A stretch of 64,000 nucleotides of DNA, taken from Candidatus Altimarinota bacterium. GTDB lineage: Bacteria; Patescibacteriota; Gracilibacteria; UBA1369; GCA-2718715. Below, piece after piece: positions 19,325 through 29,506 of the stretch. A program made the translations under genes and the position numbers. The stretch's first letter is position 1. The number at the start of each line of letters is the position of its first letter. The notes beneath the pieces are model-generated. The model was not told the DNA's origin. It saw only the letters and a list, made by a program, of their open reading frames with translations, and did no database searches. The stretch is taken from positions 480,001-544,000 of the forward strand of contig JBESAV010000001.1 of NCBI GenBank assembly GCA_041242255.1, in the 5' to 3' direction.

Positions 19325-21136
19325 ATGACAAAAAAAGAAAAAGATACAAAAAAATACAATCAAATACCCCTTTCTCAAGTTGTTTATGTAAACATAGATG
19401 ACGAAGTAGCAACGGTCTTCAATCAAATCCAAAACAAATCCAAAGACAAAATTTATATCATTGCCCCAAACCGAGCCGTATTGTTTCAAAGTGCTATCAA
19501 TCTAAAAATCCTTAAAAGAAAATCATCCGACTTAAAAAAAGAAATATTCTTAGTAACTACTGACATAAACGGGCAACATCACGCTAAACAAGCTGGAATA
19601 GATTTCTTCAACACCATTCAAGAAGCTACCGGGGAAAAAAAAGTTAAACCAAAACCAGTTCCAGCTTCCAACATCATTAAAGTCGCACCACAAAAAGACA
19701 CTACTCCAGACCCAAAAGCCGAACCAGAAACAAATCCAAAACCAACTCTCAAAGAATCAATCTTAAACTTGCCTCAAACTCTAGAGCAAAAATATAATCA
19801 ATCAGTCCAATCAGCCAAGGAATTTATATACAAAAAAATCCCTAAACTTAATCCTGAAAATCAAAAGTTTATCGTTACCAAACCCAACAAAAACCTGCTT
19901 TTCAGCATAGGGCTATTCACATGTCTTCTTTTCTTTTTTGTAGCTTATATATCTCTTCCAAACTCATCAGTAAGAATTACCCCAAACTTCATACCAATTG
20001 AACAGACAGTAAATATAACTTTAGCTGATGTAGATATGCACGAAAGATGGCTTAGAACTACTACAAACAAAGCAATTGCTATGCACAATATATCTCCTGG
20101 GATTGTAGAAAACACTATTGAGTTCCAACCAACTGGGTTTGATTTAAATGGTAAAAATGCAGAAGGAGAAATCACCATTTACAATATCAGCGATCGAGAG
20201 TTTCCACTTGTTCCATTTACTAGATTCCAAACAGAAAATGGAATCATCGTTAGAAGTAAACGTTTCATAAACCTTCCTCCAGGTTCTCCTGAGGAACCAT
20301 CAGTTATGACTGTTGAAGTAGTAGCGGATGCCTTGGATATAAATAAAATCCCTGCAGGTGAAAGAGGAAATCTACCAACTCAAACCAAACTTTTCTTGCC
20401 AGCCCTAAGAGCTGAAACTCAACAAGAAGTCTATGCTGAGGTAAGTAGAGAACTTGAAGGTGGAGTGACTTCAAATGACAGGATTGTTACAGATAATGAT
20501 TTAGTCTCAGCCGAGCAACAAGCCATAGCACAGCTCAATAACTCTCTTGAAGCTCAACTCCAAGAGTATGTCCAAAAGTACAACCAAGACTACAATCTCG
20601 ACCTAAAATTATTTAATTTTCCAGAAACCTTCCAGATTAGTAATGTTGAAACAAGTTTAGATCCAGATTTATTAGGTCAAAAAATGCCATCCTTCAATAT
20701 CACAGCAAGAGCCAACGTTTCAGCATATGCCTACGATCATGAGGAATTCACCAATATCCTTGTAAACCAACTCAGAAACGTAAAAAGCCCAGATAAACAA
20801 CTTTCAGTTATTAATACTGAAGACATCCAAACAAGAATTCTTGATACACTAAATCAAGAAGACATACAAAATAAATTAGAAGAAGGATTTATTGAAGTAA
20901 CAGCAACAATCTCTGGAGTAGAGAAGTACATTGTTGATCCAAACACGCCTGCCGGACAAAACTTATACGACAAGATAACTCAAAACATCGTCAATCTAAG
21001 AGTTAGCGAAGCTAGAAGATACATCCAAGGTCTTCCAGAAGTAGATAAAGCTCAGATTAGCGTATGGCCATTCTGGGCACCAACACTCCCAAGCAATCCA
21101 GATAACATTAAGATAAAACTAAATGACCAAGTATAA
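19325..21136 (+). CDS. single-pass membrane protein with baseplate J/gp47-like extracellular domain
   Basis: N-terminal cytoplasmic VYVNIDDEV...LFQSAINLKILKR domain, TM at about residues 190-210, AEGEITIYN..TRF.T..G, V.VVAD..GE.GN, C-terminal WPFW..TLP.NP..I. Confidence 0.72.
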   Translation: MTKKEKDTKKYNQIPLSQVVYVNIDDEVATVFNQIQNKSKDKIYIIAPNRAVLFQSAINLKILKRKSSDLKKEIFLVTTDINGQHHAKQAGIDFFNTIQEATGEKKVKPKPVPASNIIKVAPQKDTTPDPKAEPETNPKPTLKESILNLPQTLEQKYNQSVQSAKEFIYKKIPKLNPENQKFIVTKPNKNLLFSIGLFTCLLFFFVAYISLPNSSVRITPNFIPIEQTVNITLADVDMHERWLRTTTNKAIAMHNISPGIVENTIEFQPTGFDLNGKNAEGEITIYNISDREFPLVPFTRFQTENGIIVRSKRFINLPPGSPEEPSVMTVEVVADALDINKIPAGERGNLPTQTKLFLPALRAETQQEVYAEVSRELEGGVTSNDRIVTDNDLVSAEQQAIAQLNNSLEAQLQEYVQKYNQDYNLDLKLFNFPETFQISNVETSLDPDLLGQKMPSFNITARANVSAYAYDHEEFTNILVNQLRNVKSPDKQLSVINTEDIQTRILDTLNQEDIQNKLEEGFIEVTATISGVEKYIVDPNTPAGQNLYDKITQNIVNLRVSEARRYIQGLPEVDKAQISVWPFWAPTLPSNPDNIKIKLNDQV

Positions 21137-21908
21137 AGAATCTCTAATAGATCAAAAATTTATAAAAGTAGATAAGGTTAAGATAAGTTTTTTCAAATTC
21201 GGTAACGGCCCTCAAAAAATCCTTATCCTTCATGGCTTTGGTAGCTCAATCAAAAGCTGGAAAAAACTAATTACAAAGTTTGACCCAACCAAGTTCACTC
21301 TGTATTTCCCTGAACTTCCAGGCTTTGGACAAAGCGAACATCCACCGAAACCCTGGGAGGTTAAAGACTACACCAAGTTTGTTCAAGCTCTCATAAAACA
21401 AGAAAATCTAGATCTAAATTTTCTCATCTGCCACTCTTTCGGAGGCCGAATATCCATCCAACTCCTTACTCAAGATAATAATTTTCAAAAAGCAATTTTT
21501 ATAGCCGCCGCGGGTATTAGACCAAAACTTACTTTTGTTCAAAAGTTAGCCAACAAAGTTGGTCCAATTCTAAAACCCATTAAAGGATTCAAACCTGTCC
21601 AAATCCTTCTTAAAAATCTAAGAAAACTCATAGGAGCGGGCGACTACAATAAAGTTCAAGGAACTATGAAACAGACCTTTATAAATGTAGTAAACACAGA
21701 TCTCTCAGAATCCCTCCCAAAAATAAAAACACCAGTTCAATTAATCTGGGGAGACCAAGACACATTGACTCCAATTTACATGGGTCAAAAAATGAAAGAG
21801 TCTATTCCAAACTCTGAACTTACAATCTACCAAGGCAAAAAACATGGACTTCACCTCACAGACCCAGCTAGACTACATAAAGACATAACAAGTTTTTTAC
21901 TTAATTAA
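21123..21908 (+). CDS. alpha/beta hydrolase
   Basis: LHGFG, LPGFGQS, CHSFGG nucleophile elbow, IWGDQD, C-terminal His. Confidence 0.92.
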   Translation: MTKYKESLIDQKFIKVDKVKISFFKFGNGPQKILILHGFGSSIKSWKKLITKFDPTKFTLYFPELPGFGQSEHPPKPWEVKDYTKFVQALIKQENLDLNFLICHSFGGRISIQLLTQDNNFQKAIFIAAAGIRPKLTFVQKLANKVGPILKPIKGFKPVQILLKNLRKLIGAGDYNKVQGTMKQTFINVVNTDLSESLPKIKTPVQLIWGDQDTLTPIYMGQKMKESIPNSELTIYQGKKHGLHLTDPARLHKDITSFLLN

Positions 21909-21937
21909 TCAAACTCATTATACCAACTTGATATGTA

Positions 21938-21965
21938 TTGACGTGCTAGCACTTAATGTTATGCT
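21938..21965 (+). promoter_or_regulatory. sigma70-type promoter of the LRR gene with an embedded palindrome
   Basis: TTGACG (21938-43), 16-nt spacer, TATGCT (21960-65) preceded by TGn; perfect palindrome GTGCTAGCAC (21943-52). Confidence 0.5.
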
Positions 21966-21984
21966 TTTTGTATAAAAGATTATA

Positions 21985-23178
21985 TTGAAAAAATCCATTG
22001 AGCACTTAATTACTTTTGGGGACTTAAGGTCAAGATTGCATGGACTACATCAAGCAGCAAAACCTCTTAGGTCAAACAATTCTAAATCTGCAATTATACA
22101 AAGTATGATAAGCAGTAACACTAGAGATATTCTAAATCCAGAAACTGTAGATTATTTTTTTTCAATGTACCCTAAACCTACAACTGTACCCTTTCAGTTT
22201 GAACCTATTTATGCCCATAGTGTGCGCTTGAAAGATGCTCTGAAGTTATCCGAAGAGATTGGTTCAAGAAACTTTTTTCATAATATTGATAGTTTAATTG
22301 TAAGTATAGACGGCACATCTATAAGTTATTTAAACACCCTTATTGACGAACCAGAAATGTTCCCAAACCTAGAATCTATTATCCTATTTGTGGCTCCAAA
22401 TGGAGATGAGTTTTTGGGACAACTTTTAAAATATCCTAATTTTGAAAGTTTAGACAAACTTCACGTTAATAGGTTCTATAACCGTACGCCAGAGGAACTT
22501 AGTATTGTTCTTCAGGATTCATACCTGCCCCATCTACAGCATCTATCTCTATCGTCTTGTTATCATGGTAGAAACCATAAAGATGTCAGTAAAGTACTTA
22601 GCAACTCAGGATTTTCCCCAACTTTAGATGCTGTGTCACTAGTAAATTTCCCAAAACCATTAAAGTTTCTTCTGAAAATGCAAAAGGAAGGAATGTTAAA
22701 TGCGGTATCTAGCAGTTCACTAAGCAAAAACAATAATTTATTCACAGTCACTAACACCCCGAGGTTTTTCAGTTTAAGACTTCCATTTTTAGAGCATTTA
22801 GATCTATCAGAAACAAATTTATCTGATACATCTTTAAAATTAATTTTAAAGATGCCTTTTACTCAAGATTTAAAATCTCTACTCATTCAACGTACAAATG
22901 TAACAGTTGAAGGTATTCAGCATATTTTTGAAAGTCAAAAGCCTGCTTCATTAGAGTGGCTGGACATTGATTTCACTAAACTAGATGCTAAAACCACAGA
23001 GCTCATATCTGAGTCTAATTTTTCGAAACAATTAACACATCTAACATCTTACCCTTATTCTAACGACCACCCATTTGTACAACACTTTAGAAAGTCTGAA
23101 AACACTCAACATTTATTTCCAGTTAGAAACTGCAAAAAATCTAGAACTTTCAAGAGAATTAGACGTATATATTATTAG
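21985..23178 (+). CDS. leucine-rich repeat protein
   Basis: Repeats LPHLQHLSLS, LPFLEHLDLSETNLSD, LKSLLIQRTNVT, LEWLDID. Confidence 0.8.
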   Translation: MKKSIEHLITFGDLRSRLHGLHQAAKPLRSNNSKSAIIQSMISSNTRDILNPETVDYFFSMYPKPTTVPFQFEPIYAHSVRLKDALKLSEEIGSRNFFHNIDSLIVSIDGTSISYLNTLIDEPEMFPNLESIILFVAPNGDEFLGQLLKYPNFESLDKLHVNRFYNRTPEELSIVLQDSYLPHLQHLSLSSCYHGRNHKDVSKVLSNSGFSPTLDAVSLVNFPKPLKFLLKMQKEGMLNAVSSSSLSKNNNLFTVTNTPRFFSLRLPFLEHLDLSETNLSDTSLKLILKMPFTQDLKSLLIQRTNVTVEGIQHIFESQKPASLEWLDIDFTKLDAKTTELISESNFSKQLTHLTSYPYSNDHPFVQHFRKSENTQHLFPVRNCKKSRTFKRIRRIYY

Positions 23179-23211
23179 AAGTTACAATGCTTCAGACTAA
23201 AATTATAAACA

Positions 23212-24759
23212 ATGTTTGATCCAATATTACTTCTAATCCTAGGCCTCACCACCTTCAACCTCTTAACATCTCTATTAAGACATCTTCATTTCATACAGCT
23301 CAAAGAGTATAGATACGATAGGTTCCGAACTCTTTTACGCTATGAAGGTGGCTTTTCAAAGCTCACCACCCCCATTGGTTTTTTAGCATATTTACTTAGT
23401 ATCTATACCTTACTCACAGATAACCTTCTTTTCTTTCTTACTGCCAACATCATAGCCTTATCTAGTACCTTGTGGATAGTTCTTAGAAAAGGAATCTTCC
23501 GACCAAAACCAACCAAAAAAGCACTACTGATTCTAGCTATAACCATAATCCTCAATTCATTATTTTTCCTATCTACGACAACTATAACCAAACTCAACTT
23601 AATCTACGTTTTAGCAATCCCATCTCTATATCTAATAACATTAGTATTCTACCCAATCACAAAATTAGCCAAAGAAAAGCAAATCCAAAAAGCCACTAAA
23701 AAATTAAATCAATTCCCAAACCTTACAGTCATAGGAATAACCGGTAGCTATGGGAAATCATCCACAAAAGAATTCCTTTACCAAATACTCAAACCTCATA
23801 GAAAAACAATAAAAACTCCTAAAAACATCAACACTGATATAGGTGTAGCAAATTTTATACTCAAAACTGATTTTACTAATAAAGATGTTTTCATAGTCGA
23901 AATGGGGGCTTATCAAAAGGGAGAAATTGCCAAAATATCAAAAATGGTAAAGCCACACATCTCTATGATAACTGCAGTTCACAACCAGCATCTATCCCTA
24001 TACGGATCTCAAGAAAATATAGCCAAAGCCAAGTTTGAAATTGTAGAAAACTTAAGACCAGACGGACATTTCTTCTATAATCTTGATTCACCAGGTATGA
24101 AATACGTCCAAGAATTTCTAACTCACACACCAATTCAAAAAACATCCATCTCCAAACAGACAAACCTCAAAAATATCCAACAAAACCCTTCAAGCCTAGA
24201 CTTTCAATTAAATCAAACTTCTTACCAGGCACCAATTATAGGAAAGCACTTCGCCGAAAACATATCCTTAGCCATCCTAACAGCTCAAAAGCTAGGATTA
24301 ACCGAAGATCAAATAAATTCATCACTAAACACACTTCAACTCCCAGATAATACATTCAGTATCAAACAGGGTATAAAAAACTCAACTATCTATGACGACT
24401 CCTACAATTCATCCCCAGCCGGATTCCACGCCATAATAGATACAATCGAAAACCAAACTATCAAAGGTAAAAAGATTTTAGTAACTCGAGGAATGCTTGA
24501 GCTTGGACAAGATGAAAAGCATGAGCATCATCGTATAGCCAATCGTCTCGATCAATCCTTCGACCTAGTTGTGGCAATTTCATTAAAGACATTCCACTAT
24601 TTTGAAGATTATCTTCCTGATGAAAAACTGAAGTACATTACAGATCCAGATCAATTGGTTCAGTTTCTAGATCAGCAAATCACTGAAAACTCTTTAGTTT
24701 TAGTCGAAAATCGAGTACCATCACAATTGATAAACTTCCTTACCAAAGACCAAAAATGA
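23212..24759 (+). CDS. murF: Mur ligase, MurF-like, with N-terminal TM extension
   Basis: GITGSYGKSSTKE P-loop, N..IG, VEMGAY, DDSYNS.P.G, GMLELG; hydrophobic N-terminus. Confidence 0.82.
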   Translation: MFDPILLLILGLTTFNLLTSLLRHLHFIQLKEYRYDRFRTLLRYEGGFSKLTTPIGFLAYLLSIYTLLTDNLLFFLTANIIALSSTLWIVLRKGIFRPKPTKKALLILAITIILNSLFFLSTTTITKLNLIYVLAIPSLYLITLVFYPITKLAKEKQIQKATKKLNQFPNLTVIGITGSYGKSSTKEFLYQILKPHRKTIKTPKNINTDIGVANFILKTDFTNKDVFIVEMGAYQKGEIAKISKMVKPHISMITAVHNQHLSLYGSQENIAKAKFEIVENLRPDGHFFYNLDSPGMKYVQEFLTHTPIQKTSISKQTNLKNIQQNPSSLDFQLNQTSYQAPIIGKHFAENISLAILTAQKLGLTEDQINSSLNTLQLPDNTFSIKQGIKNSTIYDDSYNSSPAGFHAIIDTIENQTIKGKKILVTRGMLELGQDEKHEHHRIANRLDQSFDLVVAISLKTFHYFEDYLPDEKLKYITDPDQLVQFLDQQITENSLVLVENRVPSQLINFLTKDQK

Positions 24760-26015
24760 GCGTAATCTCACAGTTCACTCCCAACACCAAATTCAAAGAA
24801 GCTTTGATTAGCCTCAAGTACATCCTACTACCTTTTTTGATAAATTCCTCTGACCGACACATCTCAAAACTTTCCAATCAATTAAAACTATTCTATCCAG
24901 ATCATGAAAACTTTTTATTTGATTCAGGAAGGACTTCCCTTTATGAACTACTAAGAGCTTATATACAAGTAGACTCTAAACTAGATGAAAAACAGGTTCT
25001 ATTAGCCGGACACACATGTCTGGTGGTTGTTAATTCTATCTTAAAAGCTGGCTTAACTCCAAAATACATAGACTTCAAAAAAGATTCTTATCAGATAGAC
25101 CCCCAAAAGCTAGAGGAAGCAATCACTCCTGAAACTAAGTTTTTAGTTCTACAGCACACTTTTGGACAAATTGAAGATTTAAAATCCATCCAGAATATTG
25201 CCAAAAAGCATAACCTCATAATTATAGAAGACCTAGCTCACAGTTTCCTTTCAAAATACCAAAATAAATTGCTTGGTAATTTTTCAGACTCAGCTTTTCT
25301 AAGCTTTGGAACAAACAAGATTTTATCATGTCTCAGAGGAGGAGCGGTGATAACCAAAAACCTAAAACTCCAAAGACAACTCCAGGAAAATTGGGAGCAA
25401 CTCGAACAATTTCCTATTTCTAAAACTTACCAACACCATTTCAAGCAAGTTGGTTTTTACATCGGACAGATAACTTACTTTTTCAAAGTAGGGAAGTTAC
25501 TAATGTGGTTACTATCTAAACTACGTTTAGCCCCAAAAGTTATTTCCTTATCTGAAAAACATTCTTGGACTTCTCAACTAGATTCTTTTCAGATTTCAGA
25601 CTCACTGGCTCATGTTTGCCTAAAGCAATTTAATAGAATTCCTGAAAACATAAAAACACGACAAACAATAGCAGAAATTTACCAGAAAGAGCTTCAACCA
25701 ACTCCAGAAATAAAAACATTTCCAATATCCAAAGATCAAGTTCAGCTATTTTACCCAATTCTTGTTTCAGATCCACAAAGCCTCAACCAAGTTCTCAAGC
25801 GATACAATGTCCTTTTAAACCTGGATTGGACAGGTTCTCCAATTTCTCCAGACATGAAACTTTCATCTAAGTATTATTACAATTCCTCAAACTGCCCTGT
25901 AGCAATTAACCAAGCTAAACAGCTAATCCTTCTTCCACTGCATCAAAACATGAACCAAAACAAAGCCAAAAAGATAACTAATCTGATTAATAAATATTAT
26001 GAAACCTACCGCTAA
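24756..26015 (+). CDS. DegT/DnrJ/EryC1/StrS family PLP aminotransferase
   Basis: SGR.SL, QHTFG, IIEDLAHS, SFG..K....GG, LLPLH. Confidence 0.88.
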   Translation: MSVISQFTPNTKFKEALISLKYILLPFLINSSDRHISKLSNQLKLFYPDHENFLFDSGRTSLYELLRAYIQVDSKLDEKQVLLAGHTCLVVVNSILKAGLTPKYIDFKKDSYQIDPQKLEEAITPETKFLVLQHTFGQIEDLKSIQNIAKKHNLIIIEDLAHSFLSKYQNKLLGNFSDSAFLSFGTNKILSCLRGGAVITKNLKLQRQLQENWEQLEQFPISKTYQHHFKQVGFYIGQITYFFKVGKLLMWLLSKLRLAPKVISLSEKHSWTSQLDSFQISDSLAHVCLKQFNRIPENIKTRQTIAEIYQKELQPTPEIKTFPISKDQVQLFYPILVSDPQSLNQVLKRYNVLLNLDWTGSPISPDMKLSSKYYYNSSNCPVAINQAKQLILLPLHQNMNQNKAKKITNLINKYYETYR

Positions 26016-27033
26016 ATTGCATACAAAAATACTCAAAGACTCAAAACAATGGGAGGAATTCTTAGAAAAACAACCTTTCCAGATCTTCGTCCAGTCTCCA
26101 TCTTATGCTGAATTCAATACAGCCACCGGAGACGAATCTTTCATTTTGGGTTTATACGACACCGACAAAAAACTTATTGGCGGATCAGTTGTTATAACCA
26201 TTCATGCTAAAAGAGGAAATTTCTTCTATTTACCATATGGTCCAATACTAGATTATTCAAACCAAGAACACCTTAAACAGTTTACAAAAGATCTTAAAAA
26301 ACTAGCCAAAGCCAAAAACTTAGACTTCATCAGAATCTCTCCATTTATAGACGAAACACCAGAACACAAAAAAGCAGTCCAAAAAGTAGGTTACCGTAAA
26401 GCTCCGATGCATATGATTGCTGAAACCACCTGGATGCTTAAATTAGACAAAGAGCCAGAGGCACTCATGAAAGACATGCGCCAAAACCACCGAAACCTTA
26501 TCCGAAGATCTAAAAGAGATGGTGTAAAAGTAGAAGTTTCAACAGATATCAAAGATATCAAAGACCTCCACGAACTCCTCGAGGAAACTGCAAAACGACA
26601 CAATTTCCATGCTTTTCCACTTTCATATATTCAAGAGGAGTTCAAAGCCTTCCATAAGCATGGACAAGTTAAGATTTACAAAGCTTTCCATGAAGGCGAC
26701 TTATTAGCTATCTCTATGATGTGTTTCTACAAGAACACAGCCGTTTACAGACATAGTGCGTCCAGTCATCTTAAACCAAAAGTCCCTGCATCATACGCAA
26801 TCCAGTGGCAAGCTATCCAAGATGCCAAGAAAGCAGGTTGCGAATATTATAACTTCTGGGGAATAGCACCAGAAGGAGCAAAAAACCACCCATTCAAAGG
26901 GATCACAAGATTTAAGCAAGGTTTTGGTGGGTTCCAAAAAGATTTACTCCCTGCACATGATTTGCCAGTAAGTCCAAAATACATTATTAATTATCTAGTA
27001 GAAACAGTTCGCCGAATAAAAAGAGGATTCTAA
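25999..27033 (+). CDS. FemAB/FemX family peptidoglycan bridge peptidyltransferase
   Basis: FVQS, YLPYGP, M.Q.HR.LIR, QWQAI..AK..G..YYNFWG, G..RFK.GFGG. Confidence 0.9.
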   Translation: MKPTAKLHTKILKDSKQWEEFLEKQPFQIFVQSPSYAEFNTATGDESFILGLYDTDKKLIGGSVVITIHAKRGNFFYLPYGPILDYSNQEHLKQFTKDLKKLAKAKNLDFIRISPFIDETPEHKKAVQKVGYRKAPMHMIAETTWMLKLDKEPEALMKDMRQNHRNLIRRSKRDGVKVEVSTDIKDIKDLHELLEETAKRHNFHAFPLSYIQEEFKAFHKHGQVKIYKAFHEGDLLAISMMCFYKNTAVYRHSASSHLKPKVPASYAIQWQAIQDAKKAGCEYYNFWGIAPEGAKNHPFKGITRFKQGFGGFQKDLLPAHDLPVSPKYIINYLVETVRRIKRGF

Positions 27034-27042
27034 TCACACACA

Positions 27043-27543
27043 ATGCCAAAACAACCAGAGCACCCATACATCATAAATCTTCATCAAATCCTACTTTCTG
27101 AGATAGGAACAATGCAAGATATATACATTCCAATTCAAAAGTCTGATGATTCAGATTTTAAAATAGACCCCGAAGAAGAACTTCTCGTTCAGTTAACTAA
27201 AATCGATGAAAAAGGTATTTCCATAAATATCCCAAAGCAAGAACTTGAAGGAAAAGCAAAAGACGCAGTTTCTTTGGAAGAGTTTACTCAAACTATTAAA
27301 ACCTACCCGATAGAAAGAAGATATTACACATCTATTCCTGAAGAAGAAGATCCAGAAATGGTAGAAAAAATCCACACAGGAACTTTCCAAGTTGATCTGA
27401 CCTCAATTATCAACGAAGCCATCTATCTAAACATCCCGTATAATTTCCACAAAGAAGAAGATGCTAAACCAGCAAGTTTCACAACTGATAAAGACAACTC
27501 TAATTCACCTTTTGCTAAGCTAAAAGATTACAAAAACACTTGA
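27043..27543 (+). CDS. YceD/DUF177 family protein (Cys-less)
   Basis: Lies immediately upstream of rpmF; VDL..II.E.I.L..P and C-terminal SPFAKLK. Confidence 0.72.
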   Translation: MPKQPEHPYIINLHQILLSEIGTMQDIYIPIQKSDDSDFKIDPEEELLVQLTKIDEKGISINIPKQELEGKAKDAVSLEEFTQTIKTYPIERRYYTSIPEEEDPEMVEKIHTGTFQVDLTSIINEAIYLNIPYNFHKEEDAKPASFTTDKDNSNSPFAKLKDYKNT

Positions 27544-27599
27544 TTATAAAACAAAATTTAGTATTATCTGCGAGAAAATAAATATAAATTTACAGAATA

Positions 27600-27830
27600 A
27601 TGGCAGTTCCAAAGAAAAAAACTTCCAAAGGAAGAACTAGAAGACGTCACAAAGCTTACCTACAAAAGCAAACAACAAAAATCAAAAAGAAAGTACAAGT
27701 AGTAGCTTGTTCTAACTGTGGTGAAGACAAACTAAACCACTTTGCATGTCCAAACTGTGGCCAATACAACGGAAGACAAGTTACAGACATGACTAAGAAA
27801 ATTGATAAAATCACTACTGTTAAAGCCTAA
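27600..27830 (+). CDS. rpmF: 50S ribosomal protein L32
   Basis: MAVPKKKTSK..T..R, CxxC...H..CxxCG.YNGR. Confidence 0.96.
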   Translation: MAVPKKKTSKGRTRRRHKAYLQKQTTKIKKKVQVVACSNCGEDKLNHFACPNCGQYNGRQVTDMTKKIDKITTVKA

Positions 27831-27836
27831 ATTTCA

Positions 27837-28298
27837 ATGAAATCTTTTCGTCATTTAGGTCGTGAATTAGTACTAAAAACTCTTCTATGCGAAGAGTTTT
27901 TAACGAAAGAAGAATTAAAGAAGATGGAAGATCAAGAAGAACCAATCGATTACATCATAGGTCACTTTGGTAAAGAATTACCTGATACTGATTTCACTAA
28001 AGATCTTTACGGGAATGTTTTAGTTCAATCCAAAGAAGCTCAAAAACTCATTCAGCAATACGCCCCAGACTGGCCACTAGATAAGATTGCTCGTATCGAC
28101 AAAAACATTCTTATCATCGGGATTACAGAACTTCTCCACAGTGATGTACCACCCCTTGTTGCCATCAATGAAGCAGTGGAACTTGCCAAGGAATATGGAG
28201 ACGACAGTTCTTCCAAGTTCGTAAATGGGGTGCTTTCAAACATCGCACATGATATAATAGGGAAAGATAAACTAGTAAACAAAGATGCAAGCCAATAG
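27837..28298 (+). CDS. nusB: transcription antitermination factor NusB
   Basis: [28 protein letters not shown]...S.KFVNGVL. Confidence 0.95.
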   Translation: MKSFRHLGRELVLKTLLCEEFLTKEELKKMEDQEEPIDYIIGHFGKELPDTDFTKDLYGNVLVQSKEAQKLIQQYAPDWPLDKIARIDKNILIIGITELLHSDVPPLVAINEAVELAKEYGDDSSSKFVNGVLSNIAHDIIGKDKLVNKDASQ

Positions 28299-28986
28299 CG
28301 ACTACAGCTCACTTCTAAAAAAACTATCCCTAAAGTTCAACGATCTTCAACTCCTCCAGGAGGCTTTTACGCATAAGTCATTCGTAAATGAAGTTGCCGA
28401 TCCAGCCATAAAGTCAAACGAACGTCTCGAGTTCCTAGGCGACGCTGTTTTAGAATTAGTTGTAACTAAACATCTTTTTCAAGACTACCCAGAAAGAGAA
28501 GAGGGAGAACTCACAGCTATGCGCTCAGCCCTTGTCCGTGGTAAAAATCTATCTAAAGTAGCCCGTAAACTAGAATTAGGGCAATATCTCATTCTATCAA
28601 AGGGGGAGTACAATTCTAAAGGCCAAAACAAAGGCTACATCCTAGCCAATCTCGTCGAAGCAGTCATAGGTGCAATCTACCTAGATCAAGGTATGTCAAA
28701 AGCCTCAGAGTTCATCCTCAAGAACATTTACTCGGATTTATCTGAAATCTTAAAGATCAAAGGCCACATAGATTCTAAAACTAGGTTCCAAGAAGTTTCT
28801 CAAGAAAAACTTGGTGTAACTCCAGATTACAAACTCATCAAAGAGTTTGGCCCAGACCACTCCAAAGAATTCACCATGGGAGTATTCCTAAACGGTGATC
28901 TAATAGAAGAGGGAACTGACTCATCCAAGCAAAAAGCCGAGCAAAAAGCTGCCCTCAGAGCTCTAGAAAAAAAGGGTTGGATCTAG
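28285..28986 (+). CDS. rnc: ribonuclease III
   Basis: [18 protein letters not shown] signature, EA.IGAIYLD, C-terminal dsRBD. Confidence 0.97.
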   Translation: MQANSDYSSLLKKLSLKFNDLQLLQEAFTHKSFVNEVADPAIKSNERLEFLGDAVLELVVTKHLFQDYPEREEGELTAMRSALVRGKNLSKVARKLELGQYLILSKGEYNSKGQNKGYILANLVEAVIGAIYLDQGMSKASEFILKNIYSDLSEILKIKGHIDSKTRFQEVSQEKLGVTPDYKLIKEFGPDHSKEFTMGVFLNGDLIEEGTDSSKQKAEQKAALRALEKKGWI

Positions 28987-29204
28987 TTCATCAATCCTTT
29001 GAAAAGGATATAACCTAGAAAAACTCCCAAAAACAAACCATCAACAAAACAAATCAATATCACATATTTAAGTGATAGTTTTTTCTTTTCTCTTAAAAAT
29101 TGCACCTGAACCTCCTCAGTATTTTGGCTAGCAATATAACCATAAAGCCCACAACCCAAAAAGAACAACACCAACAGAATTATCTCCCAGTACTCAAATC
29201 CCAT
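28983..29204 (-). CDS. small two-TM membrane protein
   Basis: 73-aa ORF with two hydrophobic segments; its stop overlaps the rnc stop (CTAG). Confidence 0.6.
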   Translation of the reverse strand: MGFEYWEIILLVLFFLGCGLYGYIASQNTEEVQVQFLREKKKLSLKYVILICFVDGLFLGVFLGYILFKGLMN

Positions 29205-29380
29205 ATCTACAAATTAACTTTGCATTTATTTTAAAGACATAATATTTCTTAGCAATAATTTTTCCAACATGGCAATGATTTAGGTTTGCCAAAAAAGATC
29301 ATCTCTTTTATATTCATGTGGCTTCCACAAGCAAAACTTGCCAGTTCGAAGCAACAATTAGAGACCCAATCTCCCAAAGT

Positions 29381-29456
<76 letters not shown>

Positions 29457-29506
29457 TTTCAATATACTTCTATGTATTGTATCTTTAAGTTATAAACTTT
29501 CATTAC

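Noticed and set aside
19325-21136. Prophage or contractile injection system suggested by the baseplate J-like gene
   Set aside because: No sheath, tube, spike, terminase, capsid or integrase genes; the protein has a TM and sits among cell-wall genes.
21943-21953. CIRCE (HrcA) element
   Set aside because: It contains TAGCACT but lacks the TTAGCACTC-N9-GAGTGCTAA arrangement; kept only as an unexplained palindrome.
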